Made by a program: the position numbers and the translations under genes. A stretch of 64,000 bases of DNA, from the NCBI RefSeq assembly GCF_003334765.1, contig NZ_QOWT01000008.1; one strand, 5' to 3'. The stretch comes from Escherichia coli. Its GTDB lineage: Bacteria > Pseudomonadota > Gammaproteobacteria > Enterobacterales > Enterobacteriaceae. Below the pieces are notes generated by a model. The model had not been told where the DNA came from. It searched no databases and worked only from the letters and a program-made list of their open reading frames with translations. The stretch's first letter is position 1, and each line of letters begins with the position of its first letter. Positions 49,999-61,685 of the stretch are shown in pieces.

Positions 49999-50358
49999 TT
50001 AACCCACGATTTCCAGTACCTGCTCCGGTGGACGACCAATCCGCGCTTTGCCATTCGCGACCACAATCGGGCGCTCCATCAGCTTCGGATTATCCACCAT
50101 TGCCTGAATCAGCGCCTCTTCGCTAAGCGAACTGTCAGCCAGGTTCAGTTCTTTATAAAGATCCTCTTTCTGGCGCATCAATTCACGGGCGCTATTCATC
50201 CCCAGTATTTTCAGCAAATCGCGCAGCGTTGCCGCATCGGCGGGTGTCTCAAGGTAGAGCACCACTTCTGGCTCCACGCCGTTTTCTTTCAGCAGGTTCA
50301 GCGTTTCCCGGCTCTTTGAACAGCGTGGGTTATGGTAGATTTTTACCTGTTTGGTCAT
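49999..50358 (-). CDS. yfgD: ArsC-family reductase-like protein YfgD
   Basis: 119-aa ORF with N-terminal Cys motif (YHNPRCSKSR). Confidence 0.8.
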   Translation of the reverse strand: MTKQVKIYHNPRCSKSRETLNLLKENGVEPEVVLYLETPADAATLRDLLKILGMNSARELMRQKEDLYKELNLADSSLSEEALIQAMVDNPKLMERPIVVANGKARIGRPPEQVLEIVG

Positions 50359-50378
50359 TGTTCTTCCTTTAATGCGAA

Positions 50379-51842
50379 TTACATCTTGGTATAAGGCTTA
50401 AAGCGTTCCTGCAGCTGGCGCAACTGGTCGATGCGCGCATCGTAACGCGCTTGTTGCAGGCTGCCTAATTTCACCTGCGAACTGGCGCTACTCAACAGCG
50501 AAATGGCCTGATCGAGTCGTCCGGCGAGCGCATAACCTTCTGCTCGCGCAGCCAGCTCCTGATCGCGGTTATTTAGCGCGGCTTCCGCCTGTGCCAGCAA
50601 ATCCCAGCCGTTGCTGTCATCTTTATTATTAAAGGTGTAGCGATTCAGAATATTGGCCGCTTCTTGTGGTTGACCGCCTTGCAAATAAGCGTTCGCCAGG
50701 TTGAGCTGCAACACCGGATTGGTGCGTAAATCGCGGGCATTTTTCAGACGATTGATCGCCTCATTGGCTTTGTTTTGCCCAAGATCGATATCAGTAGCCA
50801 GATCGAGATACCATGCGTTGCCAGGTTCTGCCGCCAGTAACGGTTGCAGCGTTTTACGCGCCTCGTCGTATTTATTGGCTTCCATCGCCTGTAAAGCACG
50901 ACCATATTGTGCTGCTCGTTGCTGACGAACGTTTCCTTTCGCCCATTCATCCAGCAAATCACTGGTGAGCTGGTTACGTCCGGAATTATACATCCCCAGT
51001 GTGCGCGCTTTCGCCAGATAGAAATCTTCCGACGACTGCACCACCATCGGGCGCATCTGATTAGCACGGTTGCGGGCATCTGCCAGACGACTTTCCGGCA
51101 ACGGGTGAGTCAATAAAATTTCCGGCGGGCGCGAGGAGTAACGCGCCTGATCGAGTAATTTTTCGAGGAAGGTTGGCATCGCCTGCGGATCGAATCCCGA
51201 GCGTTGCAGCACCTGAATACCAATGCGGTCCGCTTCCTGTTCATTTTGCTGGGTGAAACTGATCATCCCCTGACGCGTTCCCGCCAGTGTACCGGTCAGC
51301 GCCGCCATCCCCGCCTGCGGACTGGCCATCGCCAGTAAAATAGAACCTAACGCGCCGACCCAGGTCAGCGGCGCGCTGCGCTGCTGATCTTCCATCGCTC
51401 GCGCCAGGTGACGTTGGGTGACGTGGGAGATTTCGTGCGCCATAACTGAAGCCAGTTGACTTTCGTTATCGGAATAACGGAACAGGGCAGAGTGCAGCAC
51501 CACGTTGCCGCCAAAGAAAGCAAAGGCGTTAATTTCGTCGTTGTTGATCAGAAAAAAATGAAACGGTGTCTTAACCGAATTGGCATGCGAAACCAGACGC
51601 ATCCCCAGCGAATTAATATATTGCGTTAACAGCGGGTCATTAATTAACGGCGCGCTGCCGCGTAGCTGGCGGACATAATAGTCGCCCATCTGCATTTCCT
51701 GACCAATGGAAAGCGTGCTTCCTGCGGAGGTTCCCATATCCGGCAAGGTGTCTGCGCTGTCGGCAAACGCCGGGGCTACCTGACCAATGGTCATAGCAGC
51801 AATGAGGGTTGCAACCAGGTTTTTTTTCAACTGCCTGAACAT
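50379..51842 (-). CDS. bepA: periplasmic beta-barrel assembly-enhancing protease BepA (M48 metalloprotease with TPR)
   Basis: 487-aa ORF, signal peptide, HEISH zinc motif. Confidence 0.9.
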
Positions 51843-51865
51843 AACCTCTATCCTGTATTTCTGGA

Positions 51866-51905
51866 GATAGTCATTTGACCGATACTGTGAAATATCGTTC
51901 CCACC
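51866..51905 (-). promoter_or_regulatory. putative sigmaE promoter for bepA
   Basis: minus-strand GGAACga - 16 nt - TCAAA ending ~25 nt upstream of bepA ATG; matches GGAACTT-N16-TCAAA. Confidence 0.4.
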
Positions 51906-52054
51906 GCGCCGCCTTTGAGTGTAACGGCGAAGATTAGCCCACTCAAATGACTTTTCAGTTTCCTGAATCCGTCATAAAAAGCGAAGTCTTTTTTGTGACA
52001 TTTCGATACAATTGCGGATCGCAATCCCGCTCTTGAGGTTCAGGGAAGGTCTTT

Positions 52055-53116
52055 ATGCTCGAAATGTTGATGCAATGGTATCGCCGCCGTTTTAGCGACC
52101 CGGAAGCGATTGCCTTGCTGGTTATTTTAGTTGCCGGATTTGGCATTATCTTTTTCTTTAGTGGCCTGCTTGCTCCGTTGCTGGTGGCTATTGTGCTGGC
52201 CTATTTGCTGGAATGGCCAACCGTGCGTCTGCAATCTATTGGCTGCTCCCGCCGCTGGGCGACGTCGATTGTATTGGTGGTTTTCGTCGGTATATTGCTA
52301 CTGATGGCGTTCGTGGTACTGCCTATCGCCTGGCAACAGGGCATCTACTTAATCCGCGATATGCCGGGGATGCTCAATAAGCTTTCTGACTTTGCCGCCA
52401 CGTTGCCGCGCCGCTATCCGGCGTTAATGGACGCGGGCATTATTGATGCAATGGCCGAAAATATGCGCAGTCGGATGCTGACCATGGGCGATTCGGTGGT
52501 GAAAATTTCCCTCGCCTCGCTGGTCGGTTTGCTGACCATAGCCGTCTATCTGGTGCTGGTGCCATTGATGGTCTTCTTCCTGCTGAAAGACAAAGAGCAG
52601 ATGCTGAACGCCGTTCGCCGGGTGCTGCCGCGTAACCGTGGGCTGGCAGGACAGGTGTGGAAGGAGATGAATCAACAAATCACCAACTATATCCGCGGCA
52701 AAGTGCTGGAGATGATCGTGGTGGGGATCGCCACCTGGCTGGGGTTCTTGCTCTTCGGGCTGAACTATTCGCTGCTGCTGGCAGTGCTGGTCGGCTTCTC
52801 GGTTCTTATTCCGTACATTGGCGCATTTGTGGTGACCATTCCGGTGGTTGGCGTGGCGCTATTCCAGTTTGGCGCAGGTACTGAATTCTGGAGCTGCTTC
52901 GCGGTGTATCTGATTATTCAGGCGCTGGACGGCAACCTGTTAGTGCCGGTGTTGTTCTCCGAAGCGGTTAACCTGCATCCGCTGGTGATTATTTTATCGG
53001 TGGTGATCTTCGGTGGTTTGTGGGGATTCTGGGGCGTATTCTTCGCCATTCCGTTGGCGACGCTGATCAAAGCCGTGATTCATGCCTGGCCCGATGGGCA
53101 AATCGCGCAAGAATAA
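52055..53116 (+). CDS. perM: AI-2E family permease PerM
   Basis: 353-aa multi-TM ORF divergent from bepA. Confidence 0.85.
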   Translation: MLEMLMQWYRRRFSDPEAIALLVILVAGFGIIFFFSGLLAPLLVAIVLAYLLEWPTVRLQSIGCSRRWATSIVLVVFVGILLLMAFVVLPIAWQQGIYLIRDMPGMLNKLSDFAATLPRRYPALMDAGIIDAMAENMRSRMLTMGDSVVKISLASLVGLLTIAVYLVLVPLMVFFLLKDKEQMLNAVRRVLPRNRGLAGQVWKEMNQQITNYIRGKVLEMIVVGIATWLGFLLFGLNYSLLLAVLVGFSVLIPYIGAFVVTIPVVGVALFQFGAGTEFWSCFAVYLIIQALDGNLLVPVLFSEAVNLHPLVIILSVVIFGGLWGFWGVFFAIPLATLIKAVIHAWPDGQIAQE

Positions 53117-53153
53117 TCTTCAGCCCGACGAACTGTTTCGCCGGGCTGATTTT

Positions 53154-54002
53154 TCAGGGTTCCTGACGTAAATAAATAGCCCGATAACACATACTCACCA
53201 GCACCGCACCGCCGATAATATTACCCAGCATCACCGGGAGCAGATTGGCGGTAATAAAATGGCTGACCGTCAGTGCCGGAAAATTGTCTGCGCTACTGTG
53301 CGCCAGCTGCCAGAAGGGGGGAGGGGCGAAATGGCGAATGGCAATGGCGAACGGAATCACAAACAAATTGGCGATACAGTGCTCAAAGCCACTGGCGACA
53401 AACAGGGTGATGGGCAAAATCATGGCGACGATTTTGTCGCATAACGAACGCCCGCAATAACTCATCCACAGCGCCAGGCAAACCATCAGATTGCACATAA
53501 TGCCGAGGCTGACAGATTCAGTAAATGTATGATGCATTTTGCCCTCGGCGCAGTGTAAAACCGCGACTCCCCACATCGCGTTTTCACTCATCACCAGCCC
53601 GGAAAACCAGATTAACAAACTGAAACAGGCAATACCTGCCAGATTACCGCAGGCCACCAGAAGTGCGTTAATCAGCCAAGTTCGCCAACTAATAACGCCC
53701 CGACTTTTTGCCATCACCGTCATTACCGACGAGGTGAACAGGCTGGTGCCGCAAACCGCCAGCAAAATAAAGCCGAGTGTAAAGCAAAGGCCGCCCACCA
53801 GATGGGTTAATGCCTGTGAAGACGGGGCATCGGCGATAACGGAAAGGTAAAAAGTAAATCCGATCGCCATAAACACGCCAGCGGACATCGCCATTAAAAA
53901 GACCGACACTTTACTGCGGGCAATTTTATGGGCGGCAATCCGTTCAGCGATTGCCGCTTTTCTGGCGCTCAACTGCAAGTCGAAAGAGAGTTTGTTTCTC
54001 AT
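53154..54002 (-). CDS. focB: formate channel FocB (FNT family)
   Basis: 282-aa multi-TM ORF downstream of hyfR. Confidence 0.9.
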   Translation of the reverse strand: MRNKLSFDLQLSARKAAIAERIAAHKIARSKVSVFLMAMSAGVFMAIGFTFYLSVIADAPSSQALTHLVGGLCFTLGFILLAVCGTSLFTSSVMTVMAKSRGVISWRTWLINALLVACGNLAGIACFSLLIWFSGLVMSENAMWGVAVLHCAEGKMHHTFTESVSLGIMCNLMVCLALWMSYCGRSLCDKIVAMILPITLFVASGFEHCIANLFVIPFAIAIRHFAPPPFWQLAHSSADNFPALTVSHFITANLLPVMLGNIIGGAVLVSMCYRAIYLRQEP

Positions 54003-54023
54003 GCATACTCCTGCAAAAGCAGA

Positions 54024-56036
54024 TTACAACACCTCGCGAACCGAGATCCCCAGCCGCTGCATTCGTGACAGCAGCGTGGTGCGCTTCATCCCTAATCGCG
54101 TCGCTGCGCCACGGGGCCCGGCAACAATGCCATTGGTTTCTCGCAATACCTGAACAATGCGCTGACGTTCTTCTTCGTCATTCTCTGGCGTCGTCGGGTG
54201 CAGTAACTGCGCCATTGAACTGCGAAGCGCTGAATCTTCATTTAGCGTCGGCAGTAAACGGCTTTGTCGGACATTTAGATGTAAATTCAGACTGTTACCA
54301 CGAGTCAACAGTACCGCCCGCTCAATCACGTTTTCCAGCTCGCGCACGTTGCCCGGCCAATCCCACGACATCAACTGGCGTAGTGCCTCGGTCGGGATGG
54401 CGTCAATTGCGCGATTCATATGGCGCGCCATTTTTTGCGTGAAATGTTTTGCTAAAAGAGGGATATCTTCCGGACGGTCGCGTAGCGGCGGCAATTCCAG
54501 TGGGAAGACATTCAGGCGATAAAAGAGATCGCTGCGAAACTGGCGATCTTCAACCATTTGCCACAAATCACGGTTGGTGGCGGCAATGACTCTGACATTC
54601 ACCGGGATCGTTCTACTCCCGCCGAGACGCTCAATCTCCCGCTCCTGCAATACGCGCAGCAGTTTAGGCTGAAGTTCTAACGGCAGATCGCCAATTTCAT
54701 CGAGAAACAACGTGCCGCCATCGGCAATTTCAAAACGACCACGATGGGTATTAATCGCACCAGTAAACGCCCCTTTGTCATGACCGAATAACTCACTTTC
54801 CAGAAGACTGGCGGGGATGGCAGCGCAGTTGATTTTGACCAGCGGCTTGTCGCGTCGCGGGCTAAGTTGATGGATCGCTCTGGCGATCACCTCTTTGCCA
54901 GTTCCGGTTTCACCACAAATCAACACCGTACTGTCGCTCTTCGCCACAATATCTACCTGCTGGAGCAGGTCTTCCATTGCCTGGCTTTGATAGATAATGT
55001 CACCGATGCCCAGATTCGAAAGGAGCTGCTCGCTAAGCTGGTGGTTTTCTTGCTGCAAACTTTCCTGCAAATCGGTCATGCTACGCCAGGCATCGGCATT
55101 GCCAACGGCAATAGCGATGCGATCGGCTATGTGTTGTAGTAGCTGGCAGTTTTCCTCACTAAAGAGAGTGGAAGAGGTATGCGCCAGCAACAATGCACCC
55201 GGTGTATGGTTGCCAAAGGTAAGCGGTATAAGGAGCGCAGATTCGCAGCCGTTAGATGCAAGTAAGAGTAATAACGGGTCGCGTTGCCAGAGAAACAGAT
55301 CATCTGCACGGTGCGTCAAGGTCGGTTGTCGGGTTTGTAGCGTTTGTGTCAGCAATACACTTTCGCCAGGCATACAGCGTGGCAGACACGCACAATGTGA
55401 GGCAGAAAGATCGCTGCACCACAGGCTGAACTTCTCGTTCTTTCGATGATCGCCCAGTACCATACTGACTGAAGCCAGACCGAAAAAATGATGGATCTCA
55501 CGAGCGACGTCAGCGATCAGATCGTCGAGATCAAGATGTGACAGCACTGCATTAGTAATATCAACCAGTACCCGATGATGATCGCGATCTTTCTCCAGCA
55601 AACGCAGCGCCACCTGCTGTTCTTCATCATTGAGCCATGATTGCAGAACCGGGGTGATTATCCGCGCCAGCCAGTTAAACAGTGTGCAATCCTGGGAAGT
55701 AAAACGACTGCCGTGGGTGCGAATAAAGCGTAGCTCCGCCATTCCACTACTGCCGAGAAGGACGGCGTGACGCGAATAATCGACCATCTCGCCCTGATAC
55801 TCTGTTGTTGCCGTCACATCGCTGCCATCATCATGGTAGCGGTAATAGAAGTTGCTTTTGAGAACATGCAGTTCAATAAGTTGTACCGGGCTGAACGGCG
55901 GCGGCAGCGGGATGAAGGCGCGTAATAAAGACGCCTTGCCGTGTTTCTGTGCTAACCGCTCCGCGAGCATTCCGTTTACCGCTTCAATTGTTATTCCTTG
56001 TGGCGGGGCAAACATCGCCTCGTCTGACATAGCCAT
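54024..56036 (-). CDS. hyfR: sigma54-dependent transcriptional activator HyfR
   Basis: ORF track 54024..56039; start at [12 protein letters not shown] (670 aa); GAFTGA motif and C-terminal HTH. Confidence 0.9.
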   Translation of the reverse strand: MAMSDEAMFAPPQGITIEAVNGMLAERLAQKHGKASLLRAFIPLPPPFSPVQLIELHVLKSNFYYRYHDDGSDVTATTEYQGEMVDYSRHAVLLGSSGMAELRFIRTHGSRFTSQDCTLFNWLARIITPVLQSWLNDEEQQVALRLLEKDRDHHRVLVDITNAVLSHLDLDDLIADVAREIHHFFGLASVSMVLGDHRKNEKFSLWCSDLSASHCACLPRCMPGESVLLTQTLQTRQPTLTHRADDLFLWQRDPLLLLLASNGCESALLIPLTFGNHTPGALLLAHTSSTLFSEENCQLLQHIADRIAIAVGNADAWRSMTDLQESLQQENHQLSEQLLSNLGIGDIIYQSQAMEDLLQQVDIVAKSDSTVLICGETGTGKEVIARAIHQLSPRRDKPLVKINCAAIPASLLESELFGHDKGAFTGAINTHRGRFEIADGGTLFLDEIGDLPLELQPKLLRVLQEREIERLGGSRTIPVNVRVIAATNRDLWQMVEDRQFRSDLFYRLNVFPLELPPLRDRPEDIPLLAKHFTQKMARHMNRAIDAIPTEALRQLMSWDWPGNVRELENVIERAVLLTRGNSLNLHLNVRQSRLLPTLNEDSALRSSMAQLLHPTTPENDEEERQRIVQVLRETNGIVAGPRGAATRLGMKRTTLLSRMQRLGISVREVL

Positions 56037-56065
56037 CAACAGTCCTTATTAATGAGAAATCCTTC

Positions 56066-56479
56066 TCACGCAATTTTTCTGGCCATCAGATAGATGGCCG
56101 GTTCCTGCACAATTTCATCCAACAGATGAATGAATTGAATGCTACGCGCCTGCCACACAGACGTCGCGTCATCCGCCAGTGGCGCGAATGCCCGGGTCAA
56201 CAGGGCGGTGTGGCTGGCGTCAATAACAATCTCACCAAAAGTCATCACCCCCAGCATCTTACGTCGGGCTTGCTCCTCTTCGACCAGTGCAAGCCAATCT
56301 TCGTATTCCGTCAGTGGGCAGCGGAAGGCGACATTCAGACAATCAATCACGCCAACGTGATGGCCGATAGCTAGCGAGTAATACATTACCTGAGAGCTGT
56401 GTTCCGGCATCTCGTCGCTACTGGCGACAAACTTTTTTCGCAGCGTCCAGAAAACAATTTCCCCGCACTCTTCAGTCAT
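56066..56479 (-). CDS. hyfJ: hydrogenase-4 component HyfJ
   Basis: ORF track 56066..56542; start at [10 protein letters not shown] (137 aa); overlaps hyfI end by 8 nt. Confidence 0.8.
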   Translation of the reverse strand: MTEECGEIVFWTLRKKFVASSDEMPEHSSQVMYYSLAIGHHVGVIDCLNVAFRCPLTEYEDWLALVEEEQARRKMLGVMTFGEIVIDASHTALLTRAFAPLADDATSVWQARSIQFIHLLDEIVQEPAIYLMARKIA

Positions 56480-57230
56480 GTAACCCCCGGAGTACGCGAA
56501 AGAGTTGCTGAACGATACTATTGAGACGTGGATCGTCGGCATCGCGCAACCAGGTGTTAACCCGATTTCCTGTAGGAGCGTCGCTTAAATGGCGCAGGAG
56601 CCGATCGCAAATTTCTCGCCCCTGACGATAGCCCGCCAGCCGCCGCGCTTCTCGCTCAATGGCGATACGCTGTGATGGCGGGATCTGCGGCCACAACGGT
56701 TGCATAGTCACCCCGGTGGGATCGCGATAATCCACAGCGTGAATCTTCTGTTGCAGCAAACCGAGCGCCACGGCGAAACCGTGAATGGTGGCGGCCGGTG
56801 TTGGCGGGCAGCCGGGGATCCAAACATCAATGGGGACAATGGTGTCGCTACCGCCCCAGACGCTGTAGAGATCGTGGAAAATACCGCCGCCGACACCGCA
56901 CGCGCCGTAGGAAACACAAATTTTATGATCGGGGGCAGACTCATACGCCCGAAGTGCAGGCATACGCATCGCCCGGGTGACTGCGCCAGTAAATAACAAA
57001 ATATCGGCGTGACGCGGTGATGAAACAACCTTAATGCCAAAACGTTCTGCGTCGAATACTGGTGTAATGGCAGCAAAAATTTCGATTTCACAGGCGTTGC
57101 AGCCGCCGCAATCGACGCGATAAACGTAAGCCGAGCGACGGATATCCTGTAGCAAATGCCGCTTCATCTTTTGCGTTTGCTCGTCCAGCGTGATGGGCTG
57201 GCTGACATGTTGTGTAAGCACTGGACTCAT
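56472..57230 (-). CDS. hyfI: hydrogenase-4 small subunit HyfI
   Basis: 252-aa ORF with CGGCNACE and CPPTP Fe-S motifs. Confidence 0.9.
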
Positions 57231-57772
57231 AGCTGCTCCTTAGCCACCAGCAGTACATCTGTATCGTCGTTGATCAGCGTCGCGCGTTGTTTGCATTCCG
57301 GGCAGACGCTCGCTTGCGCCCACAACATTTCGCGGTTTTGTGGCGCATTTTGTTGCTGTGCTAACAATTCAGCAGCCAGTGCGATGGTTTTTTGCGGGGC
57401 AAACGGGCGTTCGCAACGGCTGCAACGTTGTAGATGGAACGTCGCGCGGGTATAGAGATCGGCTTTATTGGTGACGGTCAGTTCAAAGTTATTGGTAAGC
57501 TGGATGGCTCTGGTCGGGCACACTTCTTCACAACGTCCGCAGTAAATACAACGCCCCAGATAGAGCTGCCAGGTGCGCGAATTTTGCTGGTCGTCGGTCT
57601 GGATAGTCAGCGCATTTGCCGGACAAGCACAGGCGCAGGCACCGCAGGCAATACATTGGCTGGGCATCAGGTCCGGTTTTCCGCGAAAGCCAGGGCTGAC
57701 CTCCAGTGGCGCGAAGGGATATTTCACCGTCGCGGTTCCGGCGCGCATAATAGTTTTCAGTAACTTCAGCAT
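57227..57772 (-). CDS. hyfH: hydrogenase-4 ferredoxin-like subunit HyfH
   Basis: 181-aa ORF with two CxxCxxCxxxCP motifs. Confidence 0.9.
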
Positions 57773-57781
57773 CTTCTGTCC

Positions 57782-59449
57782 TTACTTCAGCGGCGAACGG
57801 TTACGATCAATGCCGTAGCGTTCGATCTCTTTATACGGCACGGTTTTTGACTGGCGCTTGCGCACATCTACCAGCGTCACACGGTCGGTACAGGAGTAGC
57901 AGGGATCAAGGCTACCGATAATCAGCGGTGCGTCAGAAACGGTATTGCCGCGCAGCATGTAACGCAACACCGGCCAGTTGGCGTAGGTGGCGGCACGGCA
58001 GCGCCAGCGGAACAATTTTTGGTTATCACCGAGCATGCTCCAGTGCACGTCTTCACCGCGTGGCGCTTCAACAAAGCCCAGCGCGAATGCGTGAGGTTTA
58101 TAGCTAAAGCCTTCGGTCAGCAGTGGGGTATCCGGCATGTTGTCGAGGGCAAATTCCAGCATTGCCAGCGAATCAAACGTCTCTTTGACACGGACCATCA
58201 CGCGGGAGAAAACATCGCCGCCGGTAAAGGTAAACAGTGTTTTTGGAATATTGCCGTAGTCGGCGTAGGGGTGATCAAAGCGCAAATCACGGGCGATTTG
58301 TCGGTCGAGAATGCCAATGCCCTGAGTGCGTTGTTCCATATTCGGCGTAGCAAGCAGCATCTCTACCAGCTCCGACACGTCGGCGCGCATCTCGCGCACC
58401 AGTTTCAGCGTTTGCAGACGTTGCTCTTTGAGAATATCGCGGCGAACACCACCAATCAGATTCAGACCGTAGGTTTTACGCGACCCGATCAGCAATTCCG
58501 CCATCGTCATCGACTTTTCCCGCACGCGGAAAAATTGCATAAAGCCGGTATCAAAACCAACGAAATGGCAGGAGAGGCCAAGGTTAAGCAAATGACTGTG
58601 TAGCCGTTCGACTTCCAGCAGAATCGAGCGAATAGTATGTGCTCGTTGCGGCACCTCAATCCCCAGTGCATTTTCAACCGAATTGGTATAGGCCACACTG
58701 TGGGCAAAACCGCAAATCCCACACACGCGGTCCGATAAGAAGGTCACTTCGTTGTAGCCCATCCGCGTTTCTGCCAGTTTCTCCATGCCGCGATGGACAT
58801 AAAACAGGCGGTAATCAGCATCGACAATTTGCTCGCCATCCACAAACAAGCGGAAGTGACCCGGTTCATCGGAGGTGATATGCAGCGGGCCGACAGGGAT
58901 CACCCGCGCATCGCTGTTGCCCTCATTGATAAACGGATACGTTTCGGAATCAGTCGTCGGTTCAGGGCGCAGTCGATAATCCATCGCATCTTTGCGCAGC
59001 GGATGCATATCTTCCGGCCAGTCATCGGGCAACACCAGGCGACGCTGATCCGGCAGGCCAACCGGAATCAGCCCGTACATATCGCGAATTTCTCGCTCGC
59101 CCCAGACCGCGGCAGGGACGCGCGGTGTGACTGACGGAAACTCCCGACTGTCGGCATCGACCAGCGCCTTCACCACAATCCAGCATTTTTCGGCCCCTTC
59201 CATTGAAAGGGCATAATAAACCGCGTAATGACCGTTAAGTGTCCGCTCGTCGTTGCCAAACAGGACCGGAAGCCAGCCATCATGTTGATAATAAAGATAC
59301 TGTACAACGTCAGGCAGCAGATTGATTTTCACCGCAATGGTGACCTGTTCAGGCGTTTGTCGCTCTTCATCCAGCACCGCGCCGGGGAACTGCGTTTTCA
59401 GGGCGGCGAGAATCGCTTCGCCACGATTTGACGATGAATTAACGTTCAC
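57782..59449 (-). CDS. hyfG: hydrogenase-4 [NiFe] large subunit HyfG
   Basis: ORF track 57782..59494; start at in-frame GTG ([11 protein letters not shown], 555 aa); [10 protein letters not shown] and DPCYSCTDR Ni-binding motifs. Confidence 0.9.
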   Translation of the reverse strand: MNVNSSSNRGEAILAALKTQFPGAVLDEERQTPEQVTIAVKINLLPDVVQYLYYQHDGWLPVLFGNDERTLNGHYAVYYALSMEGAEKCWIVVKALVDADSREFPSVTPRVPAAVWGEREIRDMYGLIPVGLPDQRRLVLPDDWPEDMHPLRKDAMDYRLRPEPTTDSETYPFINEGNSDARVIPVGPLHITSDEPGHFRLFVDGEQIVDADYRLFYVHRGMEKLAETRMGYNEVTFLSDRVCGICGFAHSVAYTNSVENALGIEVPQRAHTIRSILLEVERLHSHLLNLGLSCHFVGFDTGFMQFFRVREKSMTMAELLIGSRKTYGLNLIGGVRRDILKEQRLQTLKLVREMRADVSELVEMLLATPNMEQRTQGIGILDRQIARDLRFDHPYADYGNIPKTLFTFTGGDVFSRVMVRVKETFDSLAMLEFALDNMPDTPLLTEGFSYKPHAFALGFVEAPRGEDVHWSMLGDNQKLFRWRCRAATYANWPVLRYMLRGNTVSDAPLIIGSLDPCYSCTDRVTLVDVRKRQSKTVPYKEIERYGIDRNRSPLK

Positions 59450-61019
59450 TGTGTTTCTCCGAAACAGATGCGGTGCCTGAAGGCAAAAAATCATGCCAGG
59501 TGCTACGTTGTGCAGGCAGATCGTGCGTCCCTGAGAGGACTATAGTGGAAGCGCCCGCCAGGATCCTGATGACAGGTTGTGGAATATGCGTTCCCATCGC
59601 CAGCATCATGACCAGCAGAATCACCATTGGCGAGGTGGTCAACCAGCCGAGATCACCCCGGTTAACGGCCTGCGGCGGTTTCGCCATTAACACCCGCGCA
59701 GCCATCCGTACCAGGCCCGCCAGCACCAGCGTTAACAGCAATAACAGCAGGACGATAATCAGCAGGTGATTACGTGCCAGTCCGGCGGTAATGGTCATAA
59801 ATTCGCTAAGAAAAATGTTGAAGGGCGGCATCCCTGCCAGCGCCAGCGCACCGCCGCCAAACAGCACGGCGGTAAATGGCATGATTTTGAGCATCCCACA
59901 GACGACGTTGAGATCGCGCGTGCCGTACTTGAGCAGTACATTGCCGGAACCGCAGAACAGCAGCGTTTTTGCCAGACTGTGGTTTAAGATGTGCAGCAGC
60001 GCGGCAAAAATTCCCAGCGGCCCGCCAATGCCTAGCTCCACCGCGACCAGCCCCATGTTCTCCACGCTGGAGTACGCCAGCAGACGCTTAATGTCCCGCT
60101 GTACCAGAATGAAAAATGCCGCCACGGCAACCGACAACATGCCGAAGATGAGCAACAACCGGTTGGGGAAATCGCTGCCGATGGCTTGGCAAATAATGAT
60201 GTAATAGCGAATCAGCACCAACAGCGCGCAGTTCAGCAATACGGCGGAGAGCAGGGCGCTGACCGGACTCGGCGCTTCACTGTGAGCATCCGGCAGCCAG
60301 GCGTGCATGGGAAATAGCCCGGTTTTGGTACCAAAGCCAATTAGCAAAAACACAAAGGCCAACAGCATTAATGTTGGGTCAAGCAAGGACGATTGCTTAA
60401 GAACCTCGCTCCAGAATATCGCCATTTCTGCCTGCGGCATAACGCTGGCGGCGTTGGCGTATACCAGCACGGTACCGAACAGACCAAAAGCGACACCAAC
60501 AGTACAAATAATGATGTACTTCCATGCAGCTTCCAGCGATGAACGCTGACCGTAAATGCCTACCAGAAACGCCGAGCTTAAGGTGGTGGCTTCGATCGCC
60601 GCCCACATCACAATCAGGTTATTGCTGGTAACAACCAGCAGCATGGTGAACAAAAACAGATGGAAGAAACCGTAGTAATCGCACAGCGTAACGGGTGAAA
60701 GCTCGCCGTGTGCCACTTCATGACGCATGTAGCCAATCGAGTAAATACCGGTGAGAAAGCCAATCACACCAAGAATGGCGAGGAACAAACCGCCCAGACC
60801 ATCAATATGAAGCCACAGTCCCGCAGCGAATATTTCTCCTGCATCAGCGGCAGTTTGGACCACCCAGAGTGCCAGAATCAGCAGCAGTATGATCCCTAAG
60901 CTATGTAATACGGTCACCGTGCGAGTCGCAGAAAGTCTCCGTTTCCGGCAGGCAAAACAGAGCAGCGAAAAAAGCAGCGGCGTGAGCAGGAGTAAAGCGA
61001 ACATCACAGAATAACTCAT
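59439..61019 (-). CDS. hyfF: hydrogenase-4 membrane subunit HyfF (NuoL/M/N-like)
   Basis: 526-aa multi-TM ORF. Confidence 0.9.
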   Translation of the reverse strand: MSYSVMFALLLLTPLLFSLLCFACRKRRLSATRTVTVLHSLGIILLLILALWVVQTAADAGEIFAAGLWLHIDGLGGLFLAILGVIGFLTGIYSIGYMRHEVAHGELSPVTLCDYYGFFHLFLFTMLLVVTSNNLIVMWAAIEATTLSSAFLVGIYGQRSSLEAAWKYIIICTVGVAFGLFGTVLVYANAASVMPQAEMAIFWSEVLKQSSLLDPTLMLLAFVFLLIGFGTKTGLFPMHAWLPDAHSEAPSPVSALLSAVLLNCALLVLIRYYIIICQAIGSDFPNRLLLIFGMLSVAVAAFFILVQRDIKRLLAYSSVENMGLVAVELGIGGPLGIFAALLHILNHSLAKTLLFCGSGNVLLKYGTRDLNVVCGMLKIMPFTAVLFGGGALALAGMPPFNIFLSEFMTITAGLARNHLLIIVLLLLLLTLVLAGLVRMAARVLMAKPPQAVNRGDLGWLTTSPMVILLVMMLAMGTHIPQPVIRILAGASTIVLSGTHDLPAQRSTWHDFLPSGTASVSEKHSER

Positions 61020-61023
61020 CTCA

Positions 61024-61674
61024 TTATCCCTTCAGCGCGGTCAAGTTGTTCACGTCCAGCGTGCCGTGGGTACGCCATATTTTTCTTGCCAGTAACACCA
61101 TCACAATGACGGCGAAGATGGCGTCGGTAGCGATACCTATTTCCACCAGTTCCGGTGCTCGCCAGGCAAGAAGCGCCAGCACCAGATGGGAGCCGTTTTC
61201 CATCAGGCAGTAACCAAAAATTTGCCGCAGGATATTGCGCTGGCTGACAATGCACAGCAGGCCAAGCAGAAAATGACCTAACGCTACCGCCAGCGCCGGT
61301 TTCAGCCCGGTAGCCATCGGTAGCTTCACGGGCTGAACGACAAATGCGCAAAGCAGGACAATTAACGCCGCGAGCAGTGCCATCATTGCCGGACCGAATA
61401 ACGCTTTTTCCGGGATGTTCTGGGGAATATTTCGTGCAGCGTAAGTCATGATTAACGGTACCAGCAGCACTTTGGTGATAAAGGCGCTGGCGGACCAGAT
61501 CAGCAGTTGCTCTGCGGCGAACAGGCACGAGAGAGTGGCGAAAATAGACACCAGCACCAGTGACTGGCAGGCGTAAAATCCGCATGACAGGCGATAGCTT
61601 TTGACGCTAATCACAAACAGCGATGTCAGCATCATCAGTCCCGCCAGATTATTTACGATCATAGAACCGGTCAT
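61024..61674 (-). CDS. hyfE: hydrogenase-4 membrane subunit HyfE
   Basis: 216-aa multi-TM ORF. Confidence 0.85.
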   Translation of the reverse strand: MTGSMIVNNLAGLMMLTSLFVISVKSYRLSCGFYACQSLVLVSIFATLSCLFAAEQLLIWSASAFITKVLLVPLIMTYAARNIPQNIPEKALFGPAMMALLAALIVLLCAFVVQPVKLPMATGLKPALAVALGHFLLGLLCIVSQRNILRQIFGYCLMENGSHLVLALLAWRAPELVEIGIATDAIFAVIVMVLLARKIWRTHGTLDVNNLTALKG

Positions 61675-61685
61675 TCATCATCTCC

